From a virus (Duplodnaviria; Caudoviricetes): a stretch of 45,399 bases of DNA. A program made the position numbers and the translations under genes. Location: positions 1 to 45,399 of IMG/VR virus record IMGVR_UViG_3300020045_004936; one strand, written 5' to 3'. Of the stretch, positions 1 to 9,905 are shown one piece after another; positions within the stretch are counted from its first letter, which is position 1, and the number at the start of each line of letters is the position of its first letter. The notes under the pieces are model-generated. The model was not told the origin of the DNA. It saw only the letters and a list, made by a program, of their open reading frames with translations, and did not search any database.

Positions 1-121
1 GGATGCTCAAGTAGCAGGGGCATCAGCCGTAACCGCCAATGATACCACCAACACTTTTACTTGCGCCGCAGGAGACAACATAAGCATTGTATCTCGCCCG
101 GCAGGAAGCCCTACAGCCGTA
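1..121. repeat. Terminal direct repeat, copy 1 (circular assembly overlap)
   Basis: GGATGCTCAA...CTACAGCCGTA is identical to 45279-45399; a reading frame runs straight through the junction. Confidence 0.97.
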
Positions 122-2965
122 TCAGTAGCCCTCGGCCTAACCGCTTACATTGTTCCATCATCTAGTTCGTCATCTTCATCGTCTAGGAGTAGTAGCTCGT
201 CATCATGCTCTAGCAGCAGCCGTTCAAGTTCATCCAGCTCAAGCAGCTGCAGAAGCTCTTCGTCCTCATCTCGTAGCTTTAACTATCCGACAATTACCTC
301 TGTTCAATCCAAGTATGTGCTTACCTCTCGTAACGATATCGCCCAAGTTACATTCACTAGTGCAACTACTAGTGGCAACTTCATCAAGCTCTACATTGGC
401 TCAAATAGCAGCTTGTCAGATGGTGGTGCAATCTCTATCTCAGACACCTATGGCAACACCTACTACGAAGATATGCCGTATAAGCAGAATAGCGGCTCCA
501 ACACAGAACACATCTGGAGCTACTATGCCAAAAATATAGTTGGTGGAGCCTCCCACACAGTAACAGTAACCTGCGTCCATGCTCCTGGTGAAGACCAAAT
601 GAATGTGGGTATGAGGGCGGAGGAGTTTTCAGGCGTAGACACCACTGCTCCTTTTGACAAGAGTAGCTCAGGCGAGAGTATCGTAAACAACACTAATCTT
701 GACTCAGGCGCAACAGCAGCCACCACCCAGGCAGATGAACTAATAATTGGCCTAGGAGCTTCTGGAAACTCCGGCTCAACCTTTACGCTATCTTCCGGCT
801 GGACTAGCGCAAGTCCTGGTGGTGGCATAGTATTTGCCAATAAGGTTGTAGCGTCTACTGGAGCCTATAACTTCACAGCAACGTCTTCTGCCTCAGCCTA
901 TTGGGTTGCTGGCATAGCGACGTTTAAAGCCAACTCAACCTCATCTAGTTCGTCTAGTAGCTCCAGCTCCTGTCGGAGTAGTTCATCCTCATCCTGTAGC
1001 TCTAGCTCACGCAGCTCTTCGTCTTCGAGCAGGTCGTCATCTAGCTCATCATCTAGCTGTAGGTCGAGTTCCTCAAGCTCAAGCTCGGTGTCATCTAGCA
1101 GCAGTTCATCTAGCTGTAGAAGCTCTAGCTCATCTTGCTCTAGCTCGTCCTCTACTTCATTGGCTCAATCCAATAAGTATGTGTTACCTAATGGAGCAGG
1201 AACAAGGGATGGTAACTCCTTTGCCAACGCCTACGATGCTTCACTTGGTGGCTTACAAACCGCTTGGGATGCAATAACAGAAGGCTCAACTGTCTATGTA
1301 GGCTCTGGAACCTATTCAAACGTTACACTATCTATTAGCTCAGGTGGCACAACCTTCTACAAGTATCTAGTAGGAGTCAATACTGGAAGCGGACTCCCTA
1401 GCTTTGTCGGCAACTGGGTGAAGACCTCGCCTGCTTCTGGCCTAAGTTTCATTACATTCCAGAACGACATCAACTATGTAGACATCTCCAACCTCAATAT
1501 TCAGAGCTACCAGCTTGTAATCCAGAATCGTGCAAGTGGAGGGCGCAATAAGCACCTGCGCTTTACTGACCTAACCTTAACCGACTACCGTAATGGATTT
1601 GAGTTCTATGGTGATGTAAACTGCACCTCTGCAAGCTGCCCAAATCCTACACTAGCCTCAAGCGACATAATCATCACACGCTGCAACGGAACAAACTATA
1701 CCAAGCGTCATGTACGTTTCAAATTTGGCTGCTATGATTCTCAAGTAATATCCTGCACAGCCGATGCTGGGGGCGTGTCATACGCCACAGAATTATTCCA
1801 ATCAGGTTTCACTTGCGGTGACGGCTCAACTCCTGACCATGACATCAGCTTCATAGACTGCGTAGCTCGTAACAACTATAACGATGCAGGGGCATCGGCT
1901 TATTGGAACTCAGACGGTTACACCACCGAGAACCAATGCTACAACATCACCTATCTGCGCTGTGAGTCTTACAATAATACTGATGGAGGTTGGGACTGCA
2001 AGGGAACAACAGGCTTCACCCTCACAGATTGTATAGCTCTCAATAACAAGCGTAATTTCCGCTTCTGGAATACAGGTAACACAGTCCTTACACGCTGCTT
2101 AGGTGCATATTCAGTATTCCCAGGCGGTATCGGCACAGCCGCTGGCCTGTGGGTCAATACCTCAGCTATCGTCACAGCCAACAACTGCTCATTCCACAAC
2201 AATGCTCAGTATCAGCTCCAGATAGAAACTAGCGGTACAGTCACATTCAATGACTCTATCCTCTCTCAAGACTCAACCGTAGCGGCGTCAGGCTCAGTCA
2301 TAGTCTTTAACGACGGAACATTCACAGAGAATAGCTCAGTTAGATGGAATGAGGGTGTAGAGGGAACCAATCCTCAATACGTTAACCCAAACAACGCCTA
2401 TGAGGGAGAAGATACAGACTTCAACAACGTGCTATATAGCACAGCTAAAGGCTATTATAACAACACGCTAACTAGCTCATCTAGCAGCTCTTGTCGCTCA
2501 AGCAGTAGTTCTTCATCATCTAGCCGGAGTAGCTCTAGCTCAAGCTCAAGTTCTAGCTGTAGGAGTTCTAGCTCAAGCTGTAGCTCAAGCTCCTCATCAA
2601 GCCTGTGTTCCTCCAGTAGCTCGCTGTCTAGCTCTAGCTCAAGTAGCTCATGCAGGTCATCTAGTTCATCGTGTAGGAGTTCATCATCGTCCTCCAGCTC
2701 ATTCTCTCTTCGACCTGTGATACAGGAAGCCATCGTAAAGACTTCAACCACAACAACGTTTGTAACTGGCAATGAAGCCGCCTATGTCCATGATGTAGAC
2801 ACCGACCTTATGGCTATCATAGATGTAATCAACAAAGGTTTTAAGCCGCCTCGCTACACTACAGCTCAAAGAGATGCGCTTACAGACTTATATCCTGGTT
2901 TAATTATCTATAACACAACAACAAATCAGATGAATGTATACACTACATCTTGGGGAGTTCTTTAA
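2..2965 (+). CDS. 3' part of junction-spanning tail fibre/spike protein (starts at 44266; about 1325 aa) with poly-Ser linkers and a right-handed beta-helix domain
   Basis: Frame is open from base 2 to TAA at 2965 and in frame with ORF 317..2965. Beta-helix-like repeats (WNSDGYTTE..C..NNTDGGWDCKG), Ser tracts at 158-277, 935-1159 and 2474-2707, C-terminal TTAQRDAL..GLIIYNTTT fibre-type motif. Confidence 0.8.
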   Translation, partial: DAQVAGASAVTANDTTNTFTCAAGDNISIVSRPAGSPTAVSVALGLTAYIVPSSSSSSSSSRSSSSSSCSSSSRSSSSSSSSCRSSSSSSRSFNYPTITSVQSKYVLTSRNDIAQVTFTSATTSGNFIKLYIGSNSSLSDGGAISISDTYGNTYYEDMPYKQNSGSNTEHIWSYYAKNIVGGASHTVTVTCVHAPGEDQMNVGMRAEEFSGVDTTAPFDKSSSGESIVNNTNLDSGATAATTQADELIIGLGASGNSGSTFTLSSGWTSASPGGGIVFANKVVASTGAYNFTATSSASAYWVAGIATFKANSTSSSSSSSSSSCRSSSSSSCSSSSRSSSSSSRSSSSSSSSCRSSSSSSSSVSSSSSSSSCRSSSSSCSSSSSTSLAQSNKYVLPNGAGTRDGNSFANAYDASLGGLQTAWDAITEGSTVYVGSGTYSNVTLSISSGGTTFYKYLVGVNTGSGLPSFVGNWVKTSPASGLSFITFQNDINYVDISNLNIQSYQLVIQNRASGGRNKHLRFTDLTLTDYRNGFEFYGDVNCTSASCPNPTLASSDIIITRCNGTNYTKRHVRFKFGCYDSQVISCTADAGGVSYATELFQSGFTCGDGSTPDHDISFIDCVARNNYNDAGASAYWNSDGYTTENQCYNITYLRCESYNNTDGGWDCKGTTGFTLTDCIALNNKRNFRFWNTGNTVLTRCLGAYSVFPGGIGTAAGLWVNTSAIVTANNCSFHNNAQYQLQIETSGTVTFNDSILSQDSTVAASGSVIVFNDGTFTENSSVRWNEGVEGTNPQYVNPNNAYEGEDTDFNNVLYSTAKGYYNNTLTSSSSSSCRSSSSSSSSSRSSSSSSSSSSCRSSSSSCSSSSSSSLCSSSSSLSSSSSSSSCRSSSSSCRSSSSSSSSFSLRPVIQEAIVKTSTTTTFVTGNEAAYVHDVDTDLMAIIDVINKGFKPPRYTTAQRDALTDLYPGLIIYNTTTNQMNVYTTSWGVL

Positions 2966-2981
2966 TGAAAGGTTTAGCATA

Positions 2982-3929
2982 ATGTCGACTATTACGAAGC
3001 CGAATACGTTTTCTTCGAACACTACTGCCTCATCTTCTGAGGTCAACGCTAACTTCGATACCATCTTTAACGACTACAACGGTAACATAACCAATGCCAA
3101 TGTATCGTCCTCAGCTGCAATCGCCGCATCTAAGCTAAACCTTGCCACTATCGCTCAGGCTATGACAATGTCAGGGGCTATATTCATCACAGGTAAGGGT
3201 GCGGATGTAGCCTCAACAGCGGCTATGACGCTAGGCTCTGACGGCAACGTGTTCGACATTACAGGCACAACAACAATTACCTCCATCACAGCTAAGACAG
3301 CAGGCACCATAGTAGTCCTACAGTTCGACGGTATAGCAACAGTAACGGACGGTTCAAACCTCAAACTTGCCGGAAGCTTCACCTCTGCGGCTGAATCAAC
3401 TCTTACATTGTTCTCAGACGGCACTAACTGGTATGAAATATCAAGGAGTCCTGCCTATACTTCATCTGTTTCTAATGCTTTAACAGGCAGCACAGTACAG
3501 AAGGTGTACACCGAGACTACAGCCAACACTACCGGGACTACTGCTCTGCCTGTAGACAATACTACTCCATTAATAACAGAGGGTGTACAAGTCTTATCGA
3601 GGGCTATAACTCCAAATAGTGCCACAAACCTTATACTCGCCAAGGTAACACTACTCGTTGGTACTGCAGGAAGTGGCCTAGTAGGAGCGACTCTCTGGCA
3701 GGACTCAAGCTTGATAGAGTCTAAAGCAGTAGAATTCTCTGGTGCTGGCTCAGTGACAACAATCTACTTTGAAAGATACATTGTAGCTGGTGGAACATCA
3801 GCACAGACTTGGACTGTACGTTGCGGGCATACTAGCGGAACACAGATTATACTCAATGGAACGAATGGGTCTGGACTGTTCAACGGCTCCTCTCGCTCCA
3901 CCATCATTCTTGAAGAGGTTAAAGTTTGA
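2982..3929 (+). CDS. Putative tail fibre protein
   Basis: ATG 2982 after GAAAGG; N-terminus TITKPNTFSSNTTASSSEVNANFDTI resembles fibre attachment segments; Thr/Ser/Gly-rich beta composition; lies in the tail module. Confidence 0.65.
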   Translation: MSTITKPNTFSSNTTASSSEVNANFDTIFNDYNGNITNANVSSSAAIAASKLNLATIAQAMTMSGAIFITGKGADVASTAAMTLGSDGNVFDITGTTTITSITAKTAGTIVVLQFDGIATVTDGSNLKLAGSFTSAAESTLTLFSDGTNWYEISRSPAYTSSVSNALTGSTVQKVYTETTANTTGTTALPVDNTTPLITEGVQVLSRAITPNSATNLILAKVTLLVGTAGSGLVGATLWQDSSLIESKAVEFSGAGSVTTIYFERYIVAGGTSAQTWTVRCGHTSGTQIILNGTNGSGLFNGSSRSTIILEEVKV

Positions 3930-4357
3930 ACTTAGTAGATAAACTAACAGACATATATCTTAACCATGAGACATGGCACACTACAAAACTATCCAAAGAG
4001 GAGGCTGACCGCTACCATGAATACTTGCTCAATAACGGAAACATACTCTCAGTTTCAGATGGAGACATTCTACTTGGATATGTCGAGTTTTGGAGACTCA
4101 GCTACGAGCAGTTCGGGAGAGTAATATGCGGAGAGCCTTTCTCAGCCATGCATGAGAATGTGATTAATGGGCAGATAGCGTATGTGGCTAATACCTACAT
4201 AGTGCCGGAACATAGGAAAGGTAACGTGTATAAGCTTCTACGCAACATGTTCTTTGAGACTAACAAGCTATGTACGCATTTCTGCGGAGAAGCAAGACGT
4301 AAGTCCTGCGCTCCTGTTAAAGTTTTCAAACGTAACCAAGCACTAGAAAGGGTTTAA
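3926..4357 (+). CDS. GNAT-fold acetyltransferase-like protein (position analogous to T7 gp13)
   Basis: ILLGYVEF strand and YVANTYIVPEHRKG motif-A-like segment; sits just before the ejection proteins. Confidence 0.55.
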   Translation: MNLVDKLTDIYLNHETWHTTKLSKEEADRYHEYLLNNGNILSVSDGDILLGYVEFWRLSYEQFGRVICGEPFSAMHENVINGQIAYVANTYIVPEHRKGNVYKLLRNMFFETNKLCTHFCGEARRKSCAPVKVFKRNQALERV

Positions 4358-4358
4358 T

Positions 4359-4964
4359 ATGGGTAAGGAAAAAGCCTCAACAACTACAGTTCAGAATACT
4401 ACCTCCACTCCTACCCCTACGGCGGAAGAGACGAAGCTTAATCAGTTAGACCTCCAACTTAGGGAGCAGAATCAAGGAGCTATGGGAGATATTCAAAAGA
4501 ACTCCCTTAACCTTGGAAACCTTCTACTTCAAGGTCTACAGCTTCCTGGGTATCTAAGCGGATTGCCTGGTGGAATAGATGAAGGAGTAACGAACTCTCT
4601 TGTACAACAGTCTTTGAGAGACATTAAGCCAAGCTTCCAGCAGGGCGGCATACTTGATTCAGGCGTTGCTGCTTCAATCGGTGCTAGAACTGCAGGTGAC
4701 ATTAGGATGAATTCTGCTCAGTTCAACTTACAGAACCTTCAGCAGTTGCTAAATCTCGCAGTTGGTGGTCAAGCTCAAATCCAACAGCCTCAGATATCAC
4801 AGGCTGGGATGTTGGGACAAAGGCTTGCAGGGCTTCATACAGTTAACCAAACAGGTACAACTAATCAGACTACTACTTCTATGAATCCATTTATGAAGAG
4901 TTTTCAGACTAGCCTCGGTAGTAGCCTAGGCTCTGGCAGCTTCGGCAACTTCAAAGCATTTTAA
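4359..4964 (+). CDS. Putative DNA ejection/internal virion protein (small)
   Basis: MGKEKASTTT start, Gln/Gly-rich helical sequence, podovirus gene order. Confidence 0.55.
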   Translation: MGKEKASTTTVQNTTSTPTPTAEETKLNQLDLQLREQNQGAMGDIQKNSLNLGNLLLQGLQLPGYLSGLPGGIDEGVTNSLVQQSLRDIKPSFQQGGILDSGVAASIGARTAGDIRMNSAQFNLQNLQQLLNLAVGGQAQIQQPQISQAGMLGQRLAGLHTVNQTGTTNQTTTSMNPFMKSFQTSLGSSLGSGSFGNFKAF

Positions 4965-4976
4965 GGAGATAGATAA

Positions 4977-6149
4977 ATGTTACCTATAATACCTTCATCT
5001 ATGATGCCTCCACCTCAACAACAAGGTGGCATGAACCAAATGATGTCTGGGCTGCCGCCTGATTTAGTTCAGAAGATACTGAAGGATGTGACGAAAGGTG
5101 TATCTCAAACTCTTACTGGAATGGCTTCTCAAGCTATTGGCGCTGGTGTGCCTTGGGGCCATGTAATGGGAGAATTAGCTAAAATGGCTCCTCCTGGCAT
5201 GGCTTTATCATCCAGTGGCGGTCCTGGTGGTCCTAATCCTATGAATGGAGGCGGTGGAAACAACCAGCCTCCTCAGCAGCCTGGTGGTACAGCTAAACAG
5301 GATACTCAGCAGACTCCACCTGCTATGGGAGATACTCAAAATCTTGGCCCTATGCTTGCTCAATCTGCTCAACCTCAGCCAATGCAACAACAAGCTCCTA
5401 TGCAGCAGTCCTACATGTCTGGTCCTACACAAGTTCCTACTCAAGGCTTCTTCGACCCAGGTGGATTCAACGCTCAGGACAACTCTGTACGTATGCCAGG
5501 CGGTTTCATGAACGGGTGGGGCACACAGCGCATTAAAGACCAGCAAGAGATAATGGGTAAGCAACCTATTCAGCCAACAAATCAGCTTACTCAGGATGTA
5601 GAACTTGCTAAGAATAAAGCTACTCTTGCGAAAGATGAAAAAACTAGGATGGACGCTTACTTCAAGAACATTAATGAGCCTCTCAGCTCAGCCAAGGACC
5701 TTTCTCTAGTTGAGAGCGCCCTGACAGGTATAGATGACATTACTAAACTACTTGGTGTTCAATCTGATGCTAATGGTAATGTTACTCTGACCAACGAGAA
5801 GCTTCTACGCAATCCGAACTTCCTTAGTAAGAATCGTCAGCAGCTTCAACGTGCTCGTGACCTTTACATCAATAAAACTCTGCGTCGTGATTCAGGTGCT
5901 GCCATAGGTAAGAAGGAAGAAAATGACTTCAAGAATATAGTCGGCTTCGAGATAGGTATGAAGTCCTTCATGCAGAACCCAAAGGTCATAGCCAAGGCAA
6001 TGCTTGAGTCTAAAGACCAGCTTATCAGAGACAGAGGCAGACTCTCTCCTAATGAGAAACAGAGGAGCCTTGTTACTGGTCTTCGCGCTAAAGGTTTCAA
6101 AGACCCTGAGATATACGCATACCTTCAAAGAAGCGGAGAGGTGTCCTAA
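4977..6149 (+). CDS. Putative DNA ejection/internal virion protein
   Basis: Low-complexity Q/P/M/G N-terminal half, helical basic C-terminal half; AAGGAG RBS; gene order. Confidence 0.5.
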   Translation: MLPIIPSSMMPPPQQQGGMNQMMSGLPPDLVQKILKDVTKGVSQTLTGMASQAIGAGVPWGHVMGELAKMAPPGMALSSSGGPGGPNPMNGGGGNNQPPQQPGGTAKQDTQQTPPAMGDTQNLGPMLAQSAQPQPMQQQAPMQQSYMSGPTQVPTQGFFDPGGFNAQDNSVRMPGGFMNGWGTQRIKDQQEIMGKQPIQPTNQLTQDVELAKNKATLAKDEKTRMDAYFKNINEPLSSAKDLSLVESALTGIDDITKLLGVQSDANGNVTLTNEKLLRNPNFLSKNRQQLQRARDLYINKTLRRDSGAAIGKKEENDFKNIVGFEIGMKSFMQNPKVIAKAMLESKDQLIRDRGRLSPNEKQRSLVTGLRAKGFKDPEIYAYLQRSGEVS

Positions 6150-8077
6150 TGCCTAGTATAGAAGAAGCGGCGCAGGAGATATTGAATGGACAGCAGTCTC
6201 AAGTCTCTCAACAGCCTAGCATAGACCAAGCTGCTCAAGAAATACTAGGCTCTCAGCAACAATCTCAGCCTTCCGAGGCTTCTACTGGCTCATTCGGTCA
6301 GTCTCAGTACAACATAGACTCTCCAGAAGATAATGGACATGGTACATTTCTTGAGCGTCTGTACCTTGGTGCGTTAGCCGATGACAAGGGTAAGGAGAAG
6401 TATTTCAAGGATAAAGGATACCAGATAGTCACTAGGGATGCTCAGGGCAACCTGTTCTATGGGAATACTGCTAAGGACCTTCGTCCATTTGACCCTGTGG
6501 GCCTGGAGAACGATGTATTAGGAGAAACTGCTGACCTAATGGCTCAGATACCGCAAATAGGAGCTTCTGTGCTAGGAGCTATAGCTGGAGCGCCTGCTGG
6601 ACCTATGGGTGCTATGGCTGGAGCTGGTGCAGCTGCGGGTGCAGCTGAACTAGGCATGAAGGGTATTGGAAAGGCAGTTGGACTTAACTCTCAAGACCCT
6701 TACGAGGTTGGTACAGATGTGCTGTTGTCGTCTATCGCAGGTGCTGCTGGTGAAGGACTTGGGCAGGCTCTCAAAGCTGCTACGACTAGAGAAGTAGCTA
6801 AGAAGTCTTTCAACATGATTGAGAAGAGCATGGCTAAGGACTCCTTTGCTCCTGAGAAGGCTAAGACAGCTAAGTTCTTTGCAAAACTGTTTAATGTCAC
6901 ATCTGGTGTTCCGGAAGAGAAGACGCTGAATGTGTTCAAGTATGGGGCAAATCAAGTATTCGAAAAAGGTGCTGGAAGTCCTGAGAAACTCCTCGGAATC
7001 GTTGATGAGTTCTCTGGAAATGTCATAGCTCAGGAGAAGAACCTTGGCACAGCATTGGGTGCTGCTGAGAGACAACTGCTTCAACACGCCAGTGAGTACA
7101 AGGTCAACACAGCTCCTCTCCAGAAGAGTGTTATGAAGTCATTGAATGAGCTTGGCCTTATTGATGAGAATGGCCTGCTTACCACCAAGCCTATTTCTGG
7201 AAGCTCTGAGCAAGGAGTCTTGGTAAGAGCATTTGAGAAGCTAAATCAAGGCGCCAGGGAAGTCTCTTCCGGTAGGCCGACATACGATACAGCAGGCAAC
7301 CTAATAAGACAGGATAGGATACCTGTGCTCAATGTCAATCCTAATGCTGAAATTTCGACCAAGGAGCTTTTATCCATCAGAAACCAGCTCCAGACAGTCA
7401 AGGATTCTTCTAAGTCTAATAACTTCCAGAGACTATTGGGTGACATCCTTCATGGTAACCAGGATAGAGGAGTTTACGGAATAGCTGATGAAGTGTCTAA
7501 GATAGCTGGACAAGTAGGTGACTCATCCTACATGGTTCACAGGAAGGCATTTGCCAACTACAAGTCAATCTTGGACAACCTTACGGCTATGGGGCTTAAT
7601 CCTAAGACTAATAAGCTGAGTGTCGAAAACATCACTAAGGGTTCTACTGAGATGGCTAATGTGCTTAGAAGAGAGATGACGAAGCTCGACTCATTCAACG
7701 GCTCACAGTTCCTCAAGAAGATGGATATATGGGATACAGCTCAGGCGTTCACTAGCACCAATCCTAACTTCCTGAGATTCAACACAGTGGCTGGTCTAAT
7801 AGGCGGCGGGGCCTTGGTAGGCGGTAGGACTCCAGAGGAGAAGGCCCTGGGATTTGCAGGAGCTTTCACACTCGGAACGCCTGTAGGTATCAAGCTAGCT
7901 CTCAAGACTATGCAGGCTGGTGAGAAAGGAGCATTTAGAGAAGGCGCTAAGGCTTCCGTAAATGCTGTAAAAGACAAGTTCTCAAAGCTCGGCAACCAAA
8001 GAGCCACTCTTCAAACTCTCTCACATCTATCCAAATCAAAAGTATTTGGCAATAACTCCAAGGACAATAAGAAGTAA
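6149..8077 (+). CDS. Putative large DNA ejection protein with glycine-zipper segments
   Basis: GASVLGAIAGAPAGPMGAMAGAGAAAG glycine zipper; last gene of the late module; TAATG coupling. Confidence 0.55.
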   Translation: MPSIEEAAQEILNGQQSQVSQQPSIDQAAQEILGSQQQSQPSEASTGSFGQSQYNIDSPEDNGHGTFLERLYLGALADDKGKEKYFKDKGYQIVTRDAQGNLFYGNTAKDLRPFDPVGLENDVLGETADLMAQIPQIGASVLGAIAGAPAGPMGAMAGAGAAAGAAELGMKGIGKAVGLNSQDPYEVGTDVLLSSIAGAAGEGLGQALKAATTREVAKKSFNMIEKSMAKDSFAPEKAKTAKFFAKLFNVTSGVPEEKTLNVFKYGANQVFEKGAGSPEKLLGIVDEFSGNVIAQEKNLGTALGAAERQLLQHASEYKVNTAPLQKSVMKSLNELGLIDENGLLTTKPISGSSEQGVLVRAFEKLNQGAREVSSGRPTYDTAGNLIRQDRIPVLNVNPNAEISTKELLSIRNQLQTVKDSSKSNNFQRLLGDILHGNQDRGVYGIADEVSKIAGQVGDSSYMVHRKAFANYKSILDNLTAMGLNPKTNKLSVENITKGSTEMANVLRREMTKLDSFNGSQFLKKMDIWDTAQAFTSTNPNFLRFNTVAGLIGGGALVGGRTPEEKALGFAGAFTLGTPVGIKLALKTMQAGEKGAFREGAKASVNAVKDKFSKLGNQRATLQTLSHLSKSKVFGNNSKDNKK

Positions 8078-8116
8078 CGCTCCGAAGAAGCAGTATACGC
8101 CTATATCATGTAGCAT
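8036..8116 (-). CDS. 26-aa membrane microprotein (MLHDIGVYCFFGALLLIVLGVIAKYF)
   Basis: Translated by hand; single hydrophobic helix; AGGAG upstream; overlaps the convergent gene end. Confidence 0.4.
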   Translation of the reverse strand: MLHDIGVYCFFGALLLIVLGVIAKYF

Positions 8117-8158
8117 TGTTTATTAGAACTCCTATGAATATGAGTAACATTATCTCTA

Positions 8159-8263
8159 TCATGTCCCATCCTCCTCATGCCAACACCCACACCAGGTCTC
8201 CGTACACTCATCATGCTTACCCTGCTTGCATGCTCCACACCAAGTAGACTTTGGGAAGCTCAT
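8159..8263 (-). CDS. 34-aa Cys-rich microprotein (CGAC..H..C....CGC)
   Basis: Translated by hand; coupled to neighbours by TGATG and ATGA overlaps. Confidence 0.5.
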   Translation of the reverse strand: MSFPKSTWCGACKQGKHDECTETWCGCWHEEDGT

Positions 8264-8385
8264 CACTTCTCTTCCATCAGCGATTTAAATTGAGTTGTTC
8301 GACGCATAAGCTCTATTAATGAGGCATTATATTCTTTTGTAACCATTTCCAAATACCATTCTTCTAGTGGCGTCCTCTCATCCAT
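8263..8385 (-). CDS. 40-aa hypothetical protein
   Basis: MDERTPLEEWYL..., GGAG RBS; translated by hand. Confidence 0.5.
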   Translation of the reverse strand: MDERTPLEEWYLEMVTKEYNASLIELMRRTTQFKSLMEEK

Positions 8386-8387
8386 TT

Positions 8388-8537
8388 TTAGGTTCTCCAG
8401 TTTAAAAACTCATCAAACAAATATACTGAAATATTCTCAAAAGTTGTCATACGAAATACCTCAAATGCCATACACGGCCTTCGATATGATGGAACTCCTG
8501 ACCAATGAAGATAGTTGCCGTATAGCTTATCCCACAC
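8388..8537 (-). CDS. 49-aa hypothetical protein
   Basis: GTG start after GGAG; fills the gap in the chain of minus-strand genes. Confidence 0.4.
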   Translation of the reverse strand: MWDKLYGNYLHWSGVPSYRRPCMAFEVFRMTTFENISVYLFDEFLNWRT

Positions 8538-8584
8538 CTCAAGCTCCCACACGATTCACCTTTTAGGTTCTCCAAGTGTGCGCG

Positions 8585-8734
8585 TCATCTTCTTTTAGTA
8601 GCCGAAGTAAAATCTTCCCAAATAGCGATAAGGATGCTAAGACCAAATAAAAATACAATTATGTCTGGCTGTTCAACTGATTTTGCTTTGCCGAATGTAT
8701 AACACCACGCGGCCATCGTTATTGCCAACCTCAC
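8585..8734 (-). CDS. 49-aa hypothetical membrane protein
   Basis: GTGA overlap with the upstream gene; hydrophobic IIVFLFGLSILIAIW segment. Confidence 0.45.
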   Translation of the reverse strand: MRLAITMAAWCYTFGKAKSVEQPDIIVFLFGLSILIAIWEDFTSATKRR

Positions 8735-9099
8735 GCTCCACCCCCTCTAATGGCGTTGGCTTTGGCCGCAACAACAACCTCCTCCAATTTTGACAAAGGC
8801 TCACGCTTATAATCCCAAAGCCCGAACTTCATGCACTCCGAGCATTGCATTTCACCGTCATCACCGTATTGTCCAGAGTGTCCGTGATTGAGCCAGAGCT
8901 GTTTACGATATTTCATTTCCAAAACTTCGTAATCGGCTCTCGCCTCTTTAGCTGTGGTGGAGAGGGCTTGGGCGATTGCATTGTAAGACTCATCATCAAG
9001 CATCGGATTAATCCTTAGCCCAAATTGTTCTCCACGACCAAAAGTATAGAGAGGTAGATTTCTAGCCATCTCCTCATGCGTGGGGGAAGGGGAGGTCAT
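8731..9099 (-). CDS. Hypothetical early protein (WLNHGH..YGDDGEMQC..C..DYKR motif)
   Basis: ORF track; ATGA coupling. Confidence 0.65.
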   Translation of the reverse strand: MTSPSPTHEEMARNLPLYTFGRGEQFGLRINPMLDDESYNAIAQALSTTAKEARADYEVLEMKYRKQLWLNHGHSGQYGDDGEMQCSECMKFGLWDYKREPLSKLEEVVVAAKANAIRGGGA

Positions 9100-9386
9100 A
9101 CAGAACCCTCTGCTTTGTCGGTGTATTCCAACTTAAACTTCTTTCTTTCTTCCTCCCATTCGAGATAGCCTTTGATAACGTCACAAATACACCGCCAATG
9201 CTTCTGTCTGTTTTTGTAGGTGAAGTGGCAGTACCCGTAATGGCTACCAGTCATTACCTCGCCACTTTTGAAGCCCCCACAAGAACAGGTCTTGCAAGGC
9301 AAGTGTCCGTTACCGATAAGGTCATTTACTGGTTCGTGCGCGGCGGCAATATGTCCGCATTGACATTTCTCTAGTTGCTCATTCAT
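9096..9386 (-). CDS. Hypothetical Cys/His-rich protein
   Basis: CQCGH...H...C..CSC motif; GGGAGGGG RBS. Confidence 0.6.
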   Translation of the reverse strand: MNEQLEKCQCGHIAAAHEPVNDLIGNGHLPCKTCSCGGFKSGEVMTGSHYGYCHFTYKNRQKHWRCICDVIKGYLEWEEERKKFKLEYTDKAEGSV

Positions 9387-9420
9387 ACCCCCTCCCCTTT
9401 ATCTTGTTCGGTGTGTGCGT

Positions 9421-9570
9421 TCAATAATGTGCCCCTGTGTGCGGGTCAAAGTCCGATACCGTTCCGTCACAGTTTTCGCACTCCCCGCGTTCGCAGTATA
9501 CGCATTGACAAATACACCTGTTGCCTTTGCGTAGACCTGGATGCTCCCTCTCCTTCTTCTTGCGCTTCAC
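9421..9570 (-). CDS. Small basic Cys-rich protein
   Basis: Likely GTG start overlapping the upstream stop; CICQCVYC....CENC. Confidence 0.5.
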   Translation of the reverse strand: MKRKKKEREHPGLRKGNRCICQCVYCERGECENCDGTVSDFDPHTGAHY

Positions 9571-9905
9571 GGCTTCTCCTTTAAGGCGTCTAGTGAGGCG
9601 AGAGCTTCTGAAGCTACGTTCTTCATAGAGCATAGCCAATCGGTTTGATTCGTGTAAATTGTTTGCCCGCCCATGTGTTTTACCCTTTCAAGGGCAGACA
9701 CCGCCACCGACAGAGCCGAGGAGGTTTGGGCGATAGTCTTAGCTTGCTCCTCTATGACCTTGCGCGACTCGGCATAGTTTCCGTCAAGCAAAGTCAGGAG
9801 ATTCCTTTCGTGAACACCAGGAGCGCAGACGCATCGCGCTGACTGTGAAAGTGTTGAACAATACGCCCACCCAGATTTCTCCCTCGTATCTCTCGGCTGA
9901 GTCAT
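9567..9905 (-). CDS. Hypothetical protein
   Basis: ATG 9905 after GGAGG, ATGA overlap. Confidence 0.6.
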   Translation of the reverse strand: MTQPRDTREKSGWAYCSTLSQSARCVCAPGVHERNLLTLLDGNYAESRKVIEEQAKTIAQTSSALSVAVSALERVKHMGGQTIYTNQTDWLCSMKNVASEALASLDALKEKP

